Shown here one piece after another: positions 8,453 through 16,963 of a DNA stretch of 20,000 bases (the first letter of the stretch is position 1; the number at the start of each line of letters is the position of its first letter). The notes under the pieces were generated by a model. The model worked only from the letters and a program-made list of their open reading frames with translations. It had not been told where the DNA came from and did not search any database. The stretch is from an uncultured virus (IMG/VR IMGVR_UViG_3300037067_013258) (lineage: Duplodnaviria; Heunggongvirae; Uroviricota; Caudoviricetes). The stretch lies in the IMG/VR virus record IMGVR_UViG_3300037067_013258; one strand, written 5' to 3'. The position numbers and the translations under genes were made by a program.

Positions 8453-9097
8453 TTACCCTAAATATAAGAAAAAAGCTTCACTTGATTTGTCACCATTAGG
8501 ATTAACAATCCTGAATAAGTACTTGTAATGCTGCTTGTTTGCTTCCATGAAATCACGTTGGCATTCATACCCTTTACCTGGTTTCTTTTCCCAATAATGA
8601 AAATCGAGCAAACCCACAATTGTTTTTTTTGGAATAAAAAAGGGTGAAAATGTTTTCATGGTGTGCAAAAATGCATCCCTTTTCTTACTTGCATCATCAA
8701 CAAACAAACCGATTTTGCAATTTCCGTCATACTTGGCAGATTTAATGTCACCCCGGTGCATGATGAAAGGAATATCAAAAGGCTTTAAACTTTTCTGCAC
8801 CATTTCAAAATAAGACTTTTCACTCTGTAGTTCCACACCAAACTTAGCAGCTTTTTCAACCTGTGAAGTATATGTGATAAATCGGTCATACATATGCAAG
8901 GTGACATTTGTCTTGCCACTTTCTTTGACTCCCAGCATCATAGCAGCAGTACATGCACCGAGCCATGTCCCCACCTCTACAATCACCTGCCCGTCTTCCA
9001 CCTGTTGTGCATATTCACGTAATTTGTCTTTTACGGTCTGCCAATTCATAGACGGTATTTTCAAAGCTTTTTTTTCTAATGTTGCTATCAGCATCAT
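8453..9097 (-). CDS. Class I SAM-dependent methyltransferase, Methyltransf_24-like
   Basis: IVEVGTWLGACT (motif I), LHMYDRF, HRGDI, IGLFVDDASK; SD AAGGAG, so the start may be the second ATG at 9094. Confidence 0.85.
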   Translation of the reverse strand: MMLIATLEKKALKIPSMNWQTVKDKLREYAQQVEDGQVIVEVGTWLGACTAAMMLGVKESGKTNVTLHMYDRFITYTSQVEKAAKFGVELQSEKSYFEMVQKSLKPFDIPFIMHRGDIKSAKYDGNCKIGLFVDDASKKRDAFLHTMKTFSPFFIPKKTIVGLLDFHYWEKKPGKGYECQRDFMEANKQHYKYLFRIVNPNGDKSSEAFFLYLG

Positions 9098-9111
9098 ACA
9101 CTCCTTTTATA

Positions 9112-9139
9112 AAGGGCAGGGGTTTGCACCCCCACCCTT
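9112..9139 (-). terminator. GC-rich hairpin after the major capsid gene (weak terminator or mRNA stabiliser)
   Basis: Minus strand AAGGGTGGGGGT-GCAA-ACCCCTGCCCTT: 12-bp stem with two G-U pairs and a GNRA loop, followed by only a short U run and then the next SD. Confidence 0.6.
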
Positions 9140-9150
9140 AAGACCTTACA

Positions 9151-10410
9151 TTAGGTTTCCGATGTTGGTAATTCGATCTTTACTACGTAACCAAAGCCAG
9201 ACACATACTTTGTGCCAGCCAGATCACCGGAAGATCCCATCCACTCATCATAGTAACTGCCGTAACAATACCACCAGGCACGCTGTTCCTGTGTGAGAGT
9301 GAGCACGCTGCCTCTCCCCACTTCCTGTGTCAACGGTGCTTTGTTGATTGTGAAATACGGTGCTCCGGCTGTACCAGGCACTACCAGGTAGGCTGTGTTT
9401 GCAGGAACCCCATCAAAGCTGACAACCTCTTCACCCCATACCCACGAATCGCCCTTGTACACCAGGATATCATTGATGTCGATTGGTGAGAGGTTGATGA
9501 CTTTTGAATTTTCACCGCCTCTCAACTGCCCGTAAATAACCCGGTTGATAGCCCAGCTTGTTACCTCATCACCCATAATAAGCATGAGTCTCGGTGCAGG
9601 AATTGCTTTCCCGGTCTGCATGTCGAACAGCCCTTTGACACGTTTGTAGGCCTTCAGTATTGTGTTGTACACACGCTCATCATATGTGTCACCTTCAGTG
9701 TCAGCCGGTTCTACCTGTGACGTGTGCCAGGTTGCATTGATCAAAGGCCCCATTACAGTATCATTTCTTTCACCCCTGTGTGCCTGGGCAACAGCGTCAA
9801 ACACTTTCTGCATGGAAAATATGTCCAGGTCGAAAAGTACAGAATACAAATCCCGGTCAAATCCGATATCCAGAATCTTCAGGTCAATCGAGGATTTTGC
9901 ACCTGTTTTCTGTTGGATCAAAGGCACCTGCCCACCTGAAACGTATTTTTTGAACTTACCAGCAAAAGGCAACATTTCCCTGATTGGAAACGGGTTAGCC
10001 GCATTTGGCCTGGTCGATTCTGCCGATATAATACCCGTAATGTCAACCTCATCTGCCGCTCTCCGGGTTATGTCCATCATGATAGCCGGGAACAGCTCAT
10101 AATAGTCAGGGGGAAAACCCATTGTATTGGATTTCAATTCATTCTTTACTTTCTTGCGCAGGTGCTCGATCTTGTCCCATGCTTCCGCTTCAGTTTTTGA
10201 CCCTTTGTACTTTCCTTCACCAATGGAAAGTCTCTTAACCATTGGTTTTCCTGTACTGTCCTTCATAACATAATCTTCAGCATTCTGTTTTTCTGCGACC
10301 ACTTTTCGCGATTCGTCATAACCAGCGGAAATAAACACTTTTTGTTTATTCCGTCTTACGATTTCTTCCGGTGTCAGAATAATATTTTTAACTTCGTTAG
10401 GTGCTGTCAT
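9151..10410 (-). CDS. Major capsid protein (HK97 fold presumed)
   Basis: 419 aa; perfect SD AAGGAGG; follows the protease/scaffold and decoration genes and is followed by a hairpin. GGQVPLIQQKTG resembles the E-loop 'G..vp' pattern. Confidence 0.8.
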   Translation of the reverse strand: MTAPNEVKNIILTPEEIVRRNKQKVFISAGYDESRKVVAEKQNAEDYVMKDSTGKPMVKRLSIGEGKYKGSKTEAEAWDKIEHLRKKVKNELKSNTMGFPPDYYELFPAIMMDITRRAADEVDITGIISAESTRPNAANPFPIREMLPFAGKFKKYVSGGQVPLIQQKTGAKSSIDLKILDIGFDRDLYSVLFDLDIFSMQKVFDAVAQAHRGERNDTVMGPLINATWHTSQVEPADTEGDTYDERVYNTILKAYKRVKGLFDMQTGKAIPAPRLMLIMGDEVTSWAINRVIYGQLRGGENSKVINLSPIDINDILVYKGDSWVWGEEVVSFDGVPANTAYLVVPGTAGAPYFTINKAPLTQEVGRGSVLTLTQEQRAWWYCYGSYYDEWMGSSGDLAGTKYVSGFGYVVKIELPTSET

Positions 10411-10425
10411 CTACTCATCCTCCTT

Positions 10426-10854
10426 TTAGGTTGTTGGTTCTAATTCCCAAAATCTTTTTTTCAGGAATGCAAAATTGAGTGCTGTTGCTGTCTGTATTTG
10501 GCTCACATGCCCTACCATGTACCATCCGGCAACGGCCACACTGGAAAACATGCGTGTGGCCGTGTCAAACCACACTTCAGCACGAAGAGTCAAGAATGTG
10601 CTTCCGGCAGCGATTCTATCCGAACCCACTGCATAGTCAATCCCTTCTTCAATCGTACCATGACATTCTGCACCAATAGCAGCATCATCTTCAGCCGCCA
10701 ACACGTACGGCCCCACTATTTCCAGATCACCGGGTTCTGTTGCATGTGTTGCTGTAAAGTCAATATGGTTCTCACATCCAGGCCGACCAACTGTCACAAA
10801 ACCTGTGTAATTTGTTCTCACATCCTGATTTGCAGGCCAATCATTTAACACCAT
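10426..10854 (-). CDS. Head decoration / capsid cement protein (DUF2190-like)
   Basis: 142 aa, beta-rich (PGDLEIVG...AEDDAAIGAE...VWFD...VG.V); SD AAGGAGG; directly upstream of the major capsid gene. Confidence 0.6.
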   Translation of the reverse strand: MVLNDWPANQDVRTNYTGFVTVGRPGCENHIDFTATHATEPGDLEIVGPYVLAAEDDAAIGAECHGTIEEGIDYAVGSDRIAAGSTFLTLRAEVWFDTATRMFSSVAVAGWYMVGHVSQIQTATALNFAFLKKRFWELEPTT

Positions 10855-10865
10855 AGGTTACCTCC

Positions 10866-12338
10866 TTATTCCACTTTTTCAACAGGCACACTGTTGAAGC
10901 CTTCATACGGTTTGTCTGCTGGTTTCTTCTTGTCACCAACCACAACATTGATTTTGCTTTCACCGTCTGCAAACTGCTCTGCAATGGACTTGGCTACAAT
11001 GTCATTTTCTTTGAAGTTTTTCAAAGCAGCATCATAATCTTTGTCCAGTACATTACCGAGTTTCTCTCCCGCATACGCACGCAGGGCATTGGCTTTTTTC
11101 TCATTACCGATTGTCAGTTCCAGAAAGCCGAACTCTTTGTCCAGCCTGGCATTCCGCATAATGGAGAAATTCATTTTTACGTTTTCACGTAATTCTGTGA
11201 TTTCCTTCACCGGATTGTCACAACCTAATGCTTTCAAATCATTCACTGTTTTGACTGCATTTTTATGCACATCCGTTACAATTTGATCACTTACTCCAAA
11301 CACCTGTACTACTTCGGGGAATGTCAGGGTATTGGCTTTAAGTGAATCAATAATTTCTTGTTTTGTAGGCATATTATCCCCTTTATTATAAGATATATTA
11401 TCACCGGGAACCCCGGATTCTTTCTTGTCAATCAAACCTATCAATTCACTTGCTGTGTTTGATAGTTCATCCCAATCCTGTTGGCCTGCTCTGCTTGCAA
11501 CTGCACGTAAACCAGACCGGTACAACTTTCCATTTTTTCCAAAGACATATTTGTATCTGCCTTTTGTTTCTTCGTTATAAGCAGTGTCTTCCACAAAAAA
11601 CCATTTCTTGTAATTTGCCCAGTCATTATCACCGAGTATCTTGTCACTGTCTTCACCTGTGAATGACCAGGAACTGGCAGCATCGTACTTGCCTGAATTG
11701 ATCAAGCTTTTTGCATGTCTCACACTTGCGGTCATGATGCTTTGAGTTTCTGCTTTATTTTTTTTATGGTTTACCTTTTGTTTCATAGCACCTGCACCGT
11801 TATCAACTACGTCATTTCTTTCTGCACCTTCACTTGCAACTACATGCCATTCCCATTCTCTGTCTTCATTCATCCTTAATTCATCCCTGGTCATGCTTAC
11901 AAGGGAAAAATGGATCATGTTTGACCGGAATTCTTTTCTTAAGTTCCCATCACCGGGCAGCAAGTAATTTTTGAAATACACCTTTCCAGTTCCATCACCA
12001 TTTGATTTAACCAAGCCACCCACCAACAGCAGGTCAGTCTTGCCCCGTGCACCATATGAATGCCCCAATGCACTGCCTGCAAATGGTCGTTTTGTATTGG
12101 ATTCCAGAAAAGATTTGAAAAAGCTTTCATCATAGAAATAACCATTTGCTTTAATCGGAAAGCTGATTTCCTGTATGGCATATACCGGATTGTCCTCCGT
12201 TATCCATTCTTTAACGGCAGCTTCCGGTATAAGTGTTGGAATTGTTACCGGATCAATAATCAACTTCTCTTCATTATATTTCAAAGGCTGACCACAATTC
12301 AGCCTATGCATCTGTCCATGTTTTATTTCAGGTTTCAT
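10866..12338 (-). CDS. Prohead protease-scaffold fusion
   Basis: N-terminal beta domain with KANG..Y, candidate catalytic His (LGHS) and Ser (HFSLV); charged helical C-terminus; SD AAGGAG; sits between the minor head and capsid genes. Confidence 0.65.
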   Translation of the reverse strand: MKPEIKHGQMHRLNCGQPLKYNEEKLIIDPVTIPTLIPEAAVKEWITEDNPVYAIQEISFPIKANGYFYDESFFKSFLESNTKRPFAGSALGHSYGARGKTDLLLVGGLVKSNGDGTGKVYFKNYLLPGDGNLRKEFRSNMIHFSLVSMTRDELRMNEDREWEWHVVASEGAERNDVVDNGAGAMKQKVNHKKNKAETQSIMTASVRHAKSLINSGKYDAASSWSFTGEDSDKILGDNDWANYKKWFFVEDTAYNEETKGRYKYVFGKNGKLYRSGLRAVASRAGQQDWDELSNTASELIGLIDKKESGVPGDNISYNKGDNMPTKQEIIDSLKANTLTFPEVVQVFGVSDQIVTDVHKNAVKTVNDLKALGCDNPVKEITELRENVKMNFSIMRNARLDKEFGFLELTIGNEKKANALRAYAGEKLGNVLDKDYDAALKNFKENDIVAKSIAEQFADGESKINVVVGDKKKPADKPYEGFNSVPVEKVE

Positions 12339-12349
12339 ATAACACTCCT

Positions 12350-13432
12350 TTATGCTGCCACTTCAGCAAATTGACTATAGTATTCATTATACCAATTTTC
12401 GATATAAGGTACATTTTCACCATTACCCCATGCTTTCATGTCCTCTACAAATTGCTTCCTGTCCATCAATACAGGTTCTAATGTACATAGGCAGTTAGAA
12501 TGAGAATAGCCCGGCACATTCCCTATCAAATAAGGTGAATTGTGTGCATTATCAGGGCAACTACTCTTGCAAGGAAATGTAGAATTTCTCACCCATTTAA
12601 TCCATCCGGTGCAGGCCGGGTTAATCCTTGCCATATAAACAGCATTATCATGTAACCCTGCATAGAGTTCACTTCTTACTAACCGTAATGAAGGCCAGTA
12701 TATTTTCTGCCTTATCCGATTACGGAAAGCAGCAGTACCCCGTATCAAATCACCATACCTTTTCATTAACTTTTGGTACCCCTCATTCACATACACATTA
12801 AGGTCTTTTGATATATCCAGAATATCTCTATTCTCTGCAATTCCAGTTAATAGGACACGTTTGACGTCCTCATCAAACATATTGCCTATGCCCCATATAC
12901 GCTGGCTGTAAGAATATCCATCTTGAAATATCCTTCCTGCAATATTTGTCAGCAACTTATCCTTGACAGCTGAAAACATATTCATTATGCCATTTTCACT
13001 TAATGCACCACCCGATAAAATGATAACATCAATCAAATACTCACCATTTATTTTTTGTACAATACCACTACCTTTTTTAATTGTGTCAGGAACTATTAAA
13101 CTGATTTTATCTGCAATCTCTTGTCCCTTGTCGGTAATCGCTTTCTGCACGTTATCCCAATTAGAAATGCTTGCTTTCAATTGGTCGTCAATCATACCTT
13201 TCAACATCAACTTGTTTTCAACTGTATCTACACCTTTTTTTAACTGCTCTAAAATTCCTTTTAAACTGCTCATGGTTATTGGCGAATAGCCTTTTGCTTT
13301 GCTTAATTGACTGGTCACAGTTTCGATGGCACTACTATAAGCCATTTTGATTTCTCTTAACGCTCTTAAAGTAATCCGGGGAAACTGTTCTCTTGCCTGC
13401 TTAAGCAGGGCAGTGTATTCAGTGTTGGTCAT
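12350..13432 (-). CDS. Minor head / head morphogenesis protein (SPP1 gp7 / Mu gpF-like)
   Basis: YSQRIW, RLVRSE, WVRNS..C...C and HSNCLC (HPNCRC-type) motifs; ATGA overlap with the portal gene. Confidence 0.85.
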   Translation of the reverse strand: MTNTEYTALLKQAREQFPRITLRALREIKMAYSSAIETVTSQLSKAKGYSPITMSSLKGILEQLKKGVDTVENKLMLKGMIDDQLKASISNWDNVQKAITDKGQEIADKISLIVPDTIKKGSGIVQKINGEYLIDVIILSGGALSENGIMNMFSAVKDKLLTNIAGRIFQDGYSYSQRIWGIGNMFDEDVKRVLLTGIAENRDILDISKDLNVYVNEGYQKLMKRYGDLIRGTAAFRNRIRQKIYWPSLRLVRSELYAGLHDNAVYMARINPACTGWIKWVRNSTFPCKSSCPDNAHNSPYLIGNVPGYSHSNCLCTLEPVLMDRKQFVEDMKAWGNGENVPYIENWYNEYYSQFAEVAA

Positions 13433-14994
13433 CCAACCACCTCTTCCTGACCCTCATCATTTTCATCCGGCACCACTTCTTCTTTTTCAGTTTCACTGCT
13501 TTCAACCACACCCGCATTACTGCCATCCATATCGGCTATCATTTCAAAACTTGCATTTGTAAAAGCTTTGTGCTTCGATGTTTTCCCTATCATGCTTTCC
13601 CACTCTTCAAAAGTATCCGGTGTAATTTCCGGATACATTTTCACCCACAATTCATACACCTGCTGCAATGTGCCCGATGCATTATTGATAATGTTTCCAG
13701 TTGCCACAGTAAACTTATCCAGTATTTCAGACTTTGTAGTTTCGTCTAAAGCATCAAGTACGTTCCATTCAGCTGTAATCAGTGTCCTTTCACTGTTCAT
13801 TTTCAATATACTATACAGTGTTGCTATGGCTGAAAACAGTTTTACATAATTGTCAGTATGTTGATCTTGTTTTTGTTTTGTAAACTTAACGATCTGTCCT
13901 TTTGACTCCAATACACTGTTACGATTCCCAGGCACAGCACCACCCCAAAAGACCTCTGGTATTGGGGATCCCTCCATAATTTGCCAGAAAATTACCTCTA
14001 ACCTTTTATTGTATGCATCCAATGCACCGTCTGGGAAAACGTAATCGTCTTTTTCCTCAAACCGATTAACAAAAAAATCCCTTTCCAGAACATTTAACTT
14101 ATCAGCCGTTATGCCATTATTTCTTTCCCAATCCTCCGGCCCCGTATCACCCGGTGGTAATGTGTGAATTTGCTTTATAGTAAACTTGCCGAGGGCTTTA
14201 CTTGCAGCTAATTCCGTATCATGGTAATTTTTAGCATTTGGAATAAATGATTCATAATCTGAATGCCCCCGCACTTCATCTGCACCCCGATTATTAGCAA
14301 AGTTGATTGGCAAGATTCCCGTCACATTTTTATATGTAACGTCTTTCAATCCACTTATTCCGGCCTTATCCTGCCAGGCAATCTGCACCAATTCTTTTGT
14401 GAATACACGTATACGCCTTACATAAGTAAATTGATCACCGTCACCAATTGCTATTTGTATTTCTTCATCCGTTACAATCTTGACTATTTCACCAGTTTCA
14501 ATGTCCTTAATCGGTGAAAGGATGGAACTATCCGGGATAAACTCCATTATCACTTTTTTCAATGTACTGCTATATTTCGGCCATATCCAGGAATTGCCAG
14601 TAATGTGGCTCATTTTGTGATTCCATTCAAAAAACAACTGGTTTTTACTCACCCATTCTAAAAGTGCTTTTTCAATCACTTCATTCTCACATTTTGGTAC
14701 TGGTATACCCATTAACTGCACAGGGATGTCAATCGGTTTCTTAAACACAAATCCGGCTAACTTAAACCCCGGATATTCATTATGATATAATGACCACAAA
14801 AGTACTTGATTGGCTGTATATTGGTCTGTCCAGTCAACCTGGTTAGGCCTGGTCACACTTTGCCTGGTTACGGTGGATGTCTGTTCTTTCGGCTTAAACC
14901 AATCGAATGTTGTGTTAAGTTTTACTGCCATATCCTGCAATCGTTTAACTGTTTTTTCAAATGATTTTATCTGTAAGTTTTTTATCCACCCCAT
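13429..14994 (-). CDS. Portal protein (SPP1-like)
   Basis: 521 aa directly after TerL; ITGNSWI, LPINFANN...GHSDYE (G.SD.e motif), SPIPEVFWG; acidic C-terminal tail. Confidence 0.85.
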   Translation of the reverse strand: MGWIKNLQIKSFEKTVKRLQDMAVKLNTTFDWFKPKEQTSTVTRQSVTRPNQVDWTDQYTANQVLLWSLYHNEYPGFKLAGFVFKKPIDIPVQLMGIPVPKCENEVIEKALLEWVSKNQLFFEWNHKMSHITGNSWIWPKYSSTLKKVIMEFIPDSSILSPIKDIETGEIVKIVTDEEIQIAIGDGDQFTYVRRIRVFTKELVQIAWQDKAGISGLKDVTYKNVTGILPINFANNRGADEVRGHSDYESFIPNAKNYHDTELAASKALGKFTIKQIHTLPPGDTGPEDWERNNGITADKLNVLERDFFVNRFEEKDDYVFPDGALDAYNKRLEVIFWQIMEGSPIPEVFWGGAVPGNRNSVLESKGQIVKFTKQKQDQHTDNYVKLFSAIATLYSILKMNSERTLITAEWNVLDALDETTKSEILDKFTVATGNIINNASGTLQQVYELWVKMYPEITPDTFEEWESMIGKTSKHKAFTNASFEMIADMDGSNAGVVESSETEKEEVVPDENDEGQEEVVG

Positions 14995-14997
14995 GCT

Positions 14998-16350
14998 TTA
15001 TCCCTCATACTTGTAACCAGAATTGTCACGGGAAGACATACGCTTACGGAAATCAGGATCGAACACCCTTTGTGGGTTGTAAAAACAAAGCAGCAAAGCG
15101 TCTGCTTTGTCAGGTGATCTACCAAGTCTCTTTTTAAAGTCGGCCTTTGATTCTATGTGATATCTGTGCTCATGATCATACTTGTATTGTCTTCCACATA
15201 ATTCCTGCCGTAGTTGATTATCATTAGGCAATTGACATTTATCCAAAAATTGATTTTTAAATTCAAACCATAATTCAGTTGGCAAATCATGGTACTTATC
15301 TCTATTTATCGGACTCTGTGAAAAATTAACCGGGTTTACATTCATCCCCATACTGCGTAATTGGTCCCTTGCAGACGTTCCAATGCCCGTAGAATCAATA
15401 TTTATCTGCACTGTTTTATCTTTGTTAACCATCCCAGCAGCTTCATTGGCTATGGTTATTCCATCCATTTTGGATAATTCTTTATATTTGATTACTTTCA
15501 ACCCTTTTCTTAAGTACATTTGTGTTTTATCATCCCCAAAATCTGCCGGGTCAATCCCCAAAACCATTTGACCTTCAAAAACAATTTCCCTGCTCATGGC
15601 TTGATCCACAAGTACCCTGCTTATAACAGAATTCTGTCCTTGTTTCCTTGGCTGCCCGCCGTATTGATGCAGCCATTCATCATAATCCCTTTTTTTAAGC
15701 TCTTCTGATTCTTTTGGCAATTCAGTATCATTCCACCAGGGATTGTCCGCATTTTCAGGCTCACAAAATACAGCCAAAGTATCGCTTCTGTTTGAATTGA
15801 TAAATATTTCCATAACAGGATCATTGTCATTTTCAGGGTTAAACGTTATCCAGAATTGTGATCCGGGTTTACGTAATGTAGGCAGTATCATATCCCATGA
15901 TTCTCTGCTTATGGCACTTGCTTCTTCAATTCTGAACACATCAAAAGATTCATAGCTTTTCACCTGTTGTGAAGCACGTATGTCTTTTAATCCTCTGAAA
16001 ATATATGTACTTCCAGCAGGTGAAATAATCTTTTCATTCTGAAATTTCCATCCCGGATAACGAAGACGGTCTACTTGTAACATAATATCTTGATAAGATG
16101 ATTCTTTTAAACTTTCCTGTATTTCTCTAAAGCAAGCTATTCTTAATTTGCTTCTATGTGCTCTTTGAACTAAAAGTGAATCAAAGCTCCAAGTTTTACA
16201 GCCTGCACCTCTGCCACCATAGGCAACATTTATACGATGTTTACTACCCCTGAATTGTTCAAGTTTCGGGGATACCTTTTCTAACTCCTTTTGTTTGGTA
16301 AGGAATAAAAAAGCATTCTTTTCTTTTTCAGTTACAGGGGCACTACTCAC
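14998..16350 (-). CDS. terL: Terminase large subunit, PBSX / Terminase_3 type
   Basis: Walker A-like YGGRGAGCKT, CFREIQESLKES, FRGL, Walker B RIEEA, PTLRKPGSQFWITFNP, nuclease LGIDPADFGDD and RSPDKADAL. Probable start is GTG 16350 (SD AAGGTGA), in frame with the 16395 ORF-track start. Confidence 0.95.
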   Translation of the reverse strand: MSSAPVTEKEKNAFLFLTKQKELEKVSPKLEQFRGSKHRINVAYGGRGAGCKTWSFDSLLVQRAHRSKLRIACFREIQESLKESSYQDIMLQVDRLRYPGWKFQNEKIISPAGSTYIFRGLKDIRASQQVKSYESFDVFRIEEASAISRESWDMILPTLRKPGSQFWITFNPENDNDPVMEIFINSNRSDTLAVFCEPENADNPWWNDTELPKESEELKKRDYDEWLHQYGGQPRKQGQNSVISRVLVDQAMSREIVFEGQMVLGIDPADFGDDKTQMYLRKGLKVIKYKELSKMDGITIANEAAGMVNKDKTVQINIDSTGIGTSARDQLRSMGMNVNPVNFSQSPINRDKYHDLPTELWFEFKNQFLDKCQLPNDNQLRQELCGRQYKYDHEHRYHIESKADFKKRLGRSPDKADALLLCFYNPQRVFDPDFRKRMSSRDNSGYKYEG

Positions 16351-16864
16351 TATCACCTTTCTTTTGCTGATTATCAGCCATAATCCTTGATGCAAGTTCT
16401 TTTATCTGCTTTTCCCTCTCTTCATCTGTCATTTGGGTAAGTGCAAGGTTCTCTCCCATTTCACCAATTTCCACTTTATCAGCCATGCCAAGCCTGTTTT
16501 TAGCTGCAAAAATAACAAGGTTGTTATCGTGCCAATCTCCAGTTTTTACCTGGTTCCAAAAATGCCTACGAAACGAACATTTCCCAGCCGCACTTTTTTG
16601 CTCGTAAAATTGGGAAAAAGTCAACCCTGTAAGTTTTATGAGGTTTGATTCGATTGTTTTTCTATCCAATTTCATAACAGATTCAATTTCTTGTTGTGTG
16701 CATAATATTTCACATAATTCTGTAATAAGATTAATATCAAATTCTTTTTTTGGCCTTCCACCCTCTCCAGGCTTAGGGCCTTTGCCCCTGTTTTTTGTAA
16801 AATTGGCCGGCTTTCCTTTGACTATTTTTGCTTTCTTAACTGATTTTTTCTTTTCTTTTGTCAT
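16343..16864 (-). CDS. terS: Terminase small subunit
   Basis: GGRPKKE, an HTH-like CTQQEIESVM segment, GK.SFRR and IFAAKNRLGMADKVE are typical TerS motifs; overlaps TerL. Confidence 0.85.
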   Translation of the reverse strand: MTKEKKKSVKKAKIVKGKPANFTKNRGKGPKPGEGGRPKKEFDINLITELCEILCTQQEIESVMKLDRKTIESNLIKLTGLTFSQFYEQKSAAGKCSFRRHFWNQVKTGDWHDNNLVIFAAKNRLGMADKVEIGEMGENLALTQMTDEEREKQIKELASRIMADNQQKKGDSE

Positions 16865-16890
16865 ATTGTAGTACTCTTATACTACAATAT
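16863..16890. repeat. Perfect 11-bp inverted repeat over the terS -10 element and start codon
   Basis: ATATTGTAGTA-ctctta-TACTACAATAT. Confidence 0.85.
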
Positions 16891-16913
16891 AGCATATTTT
16901 TAGCAGTTGTCAA
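16886..16913 (-). promoter_or_regulatory. Sigma70-type promoter for the terminase/structural operon
   Basis: Minus strand TTGACA (16913-16908), 16-bp spacer, TG-C-TATATT extended -10 (hexamer 16891-16886). Confidence 0.7.
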
Positions 16914-16963
16914 CAGATATTATGTATATTTATACATAAAAGTTAAATAATTATACATTTTAA

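Noticed and set aside
5755..9097. Cassette as DNA methyltransferases or a restriction-modification system
   Set aside because: No DPPY/NPPY or PCQ catalytic motifs; the motifs match small-molecule/sugar O-methyltransferases, and the location is late-structural. DNA hypermodification is not fully excluded.
16351..16395. TerL start at 16395
   Set aside because: It gives a 53-nt overlap with terS; GTG 16350 has an SD and a typical short overlap.
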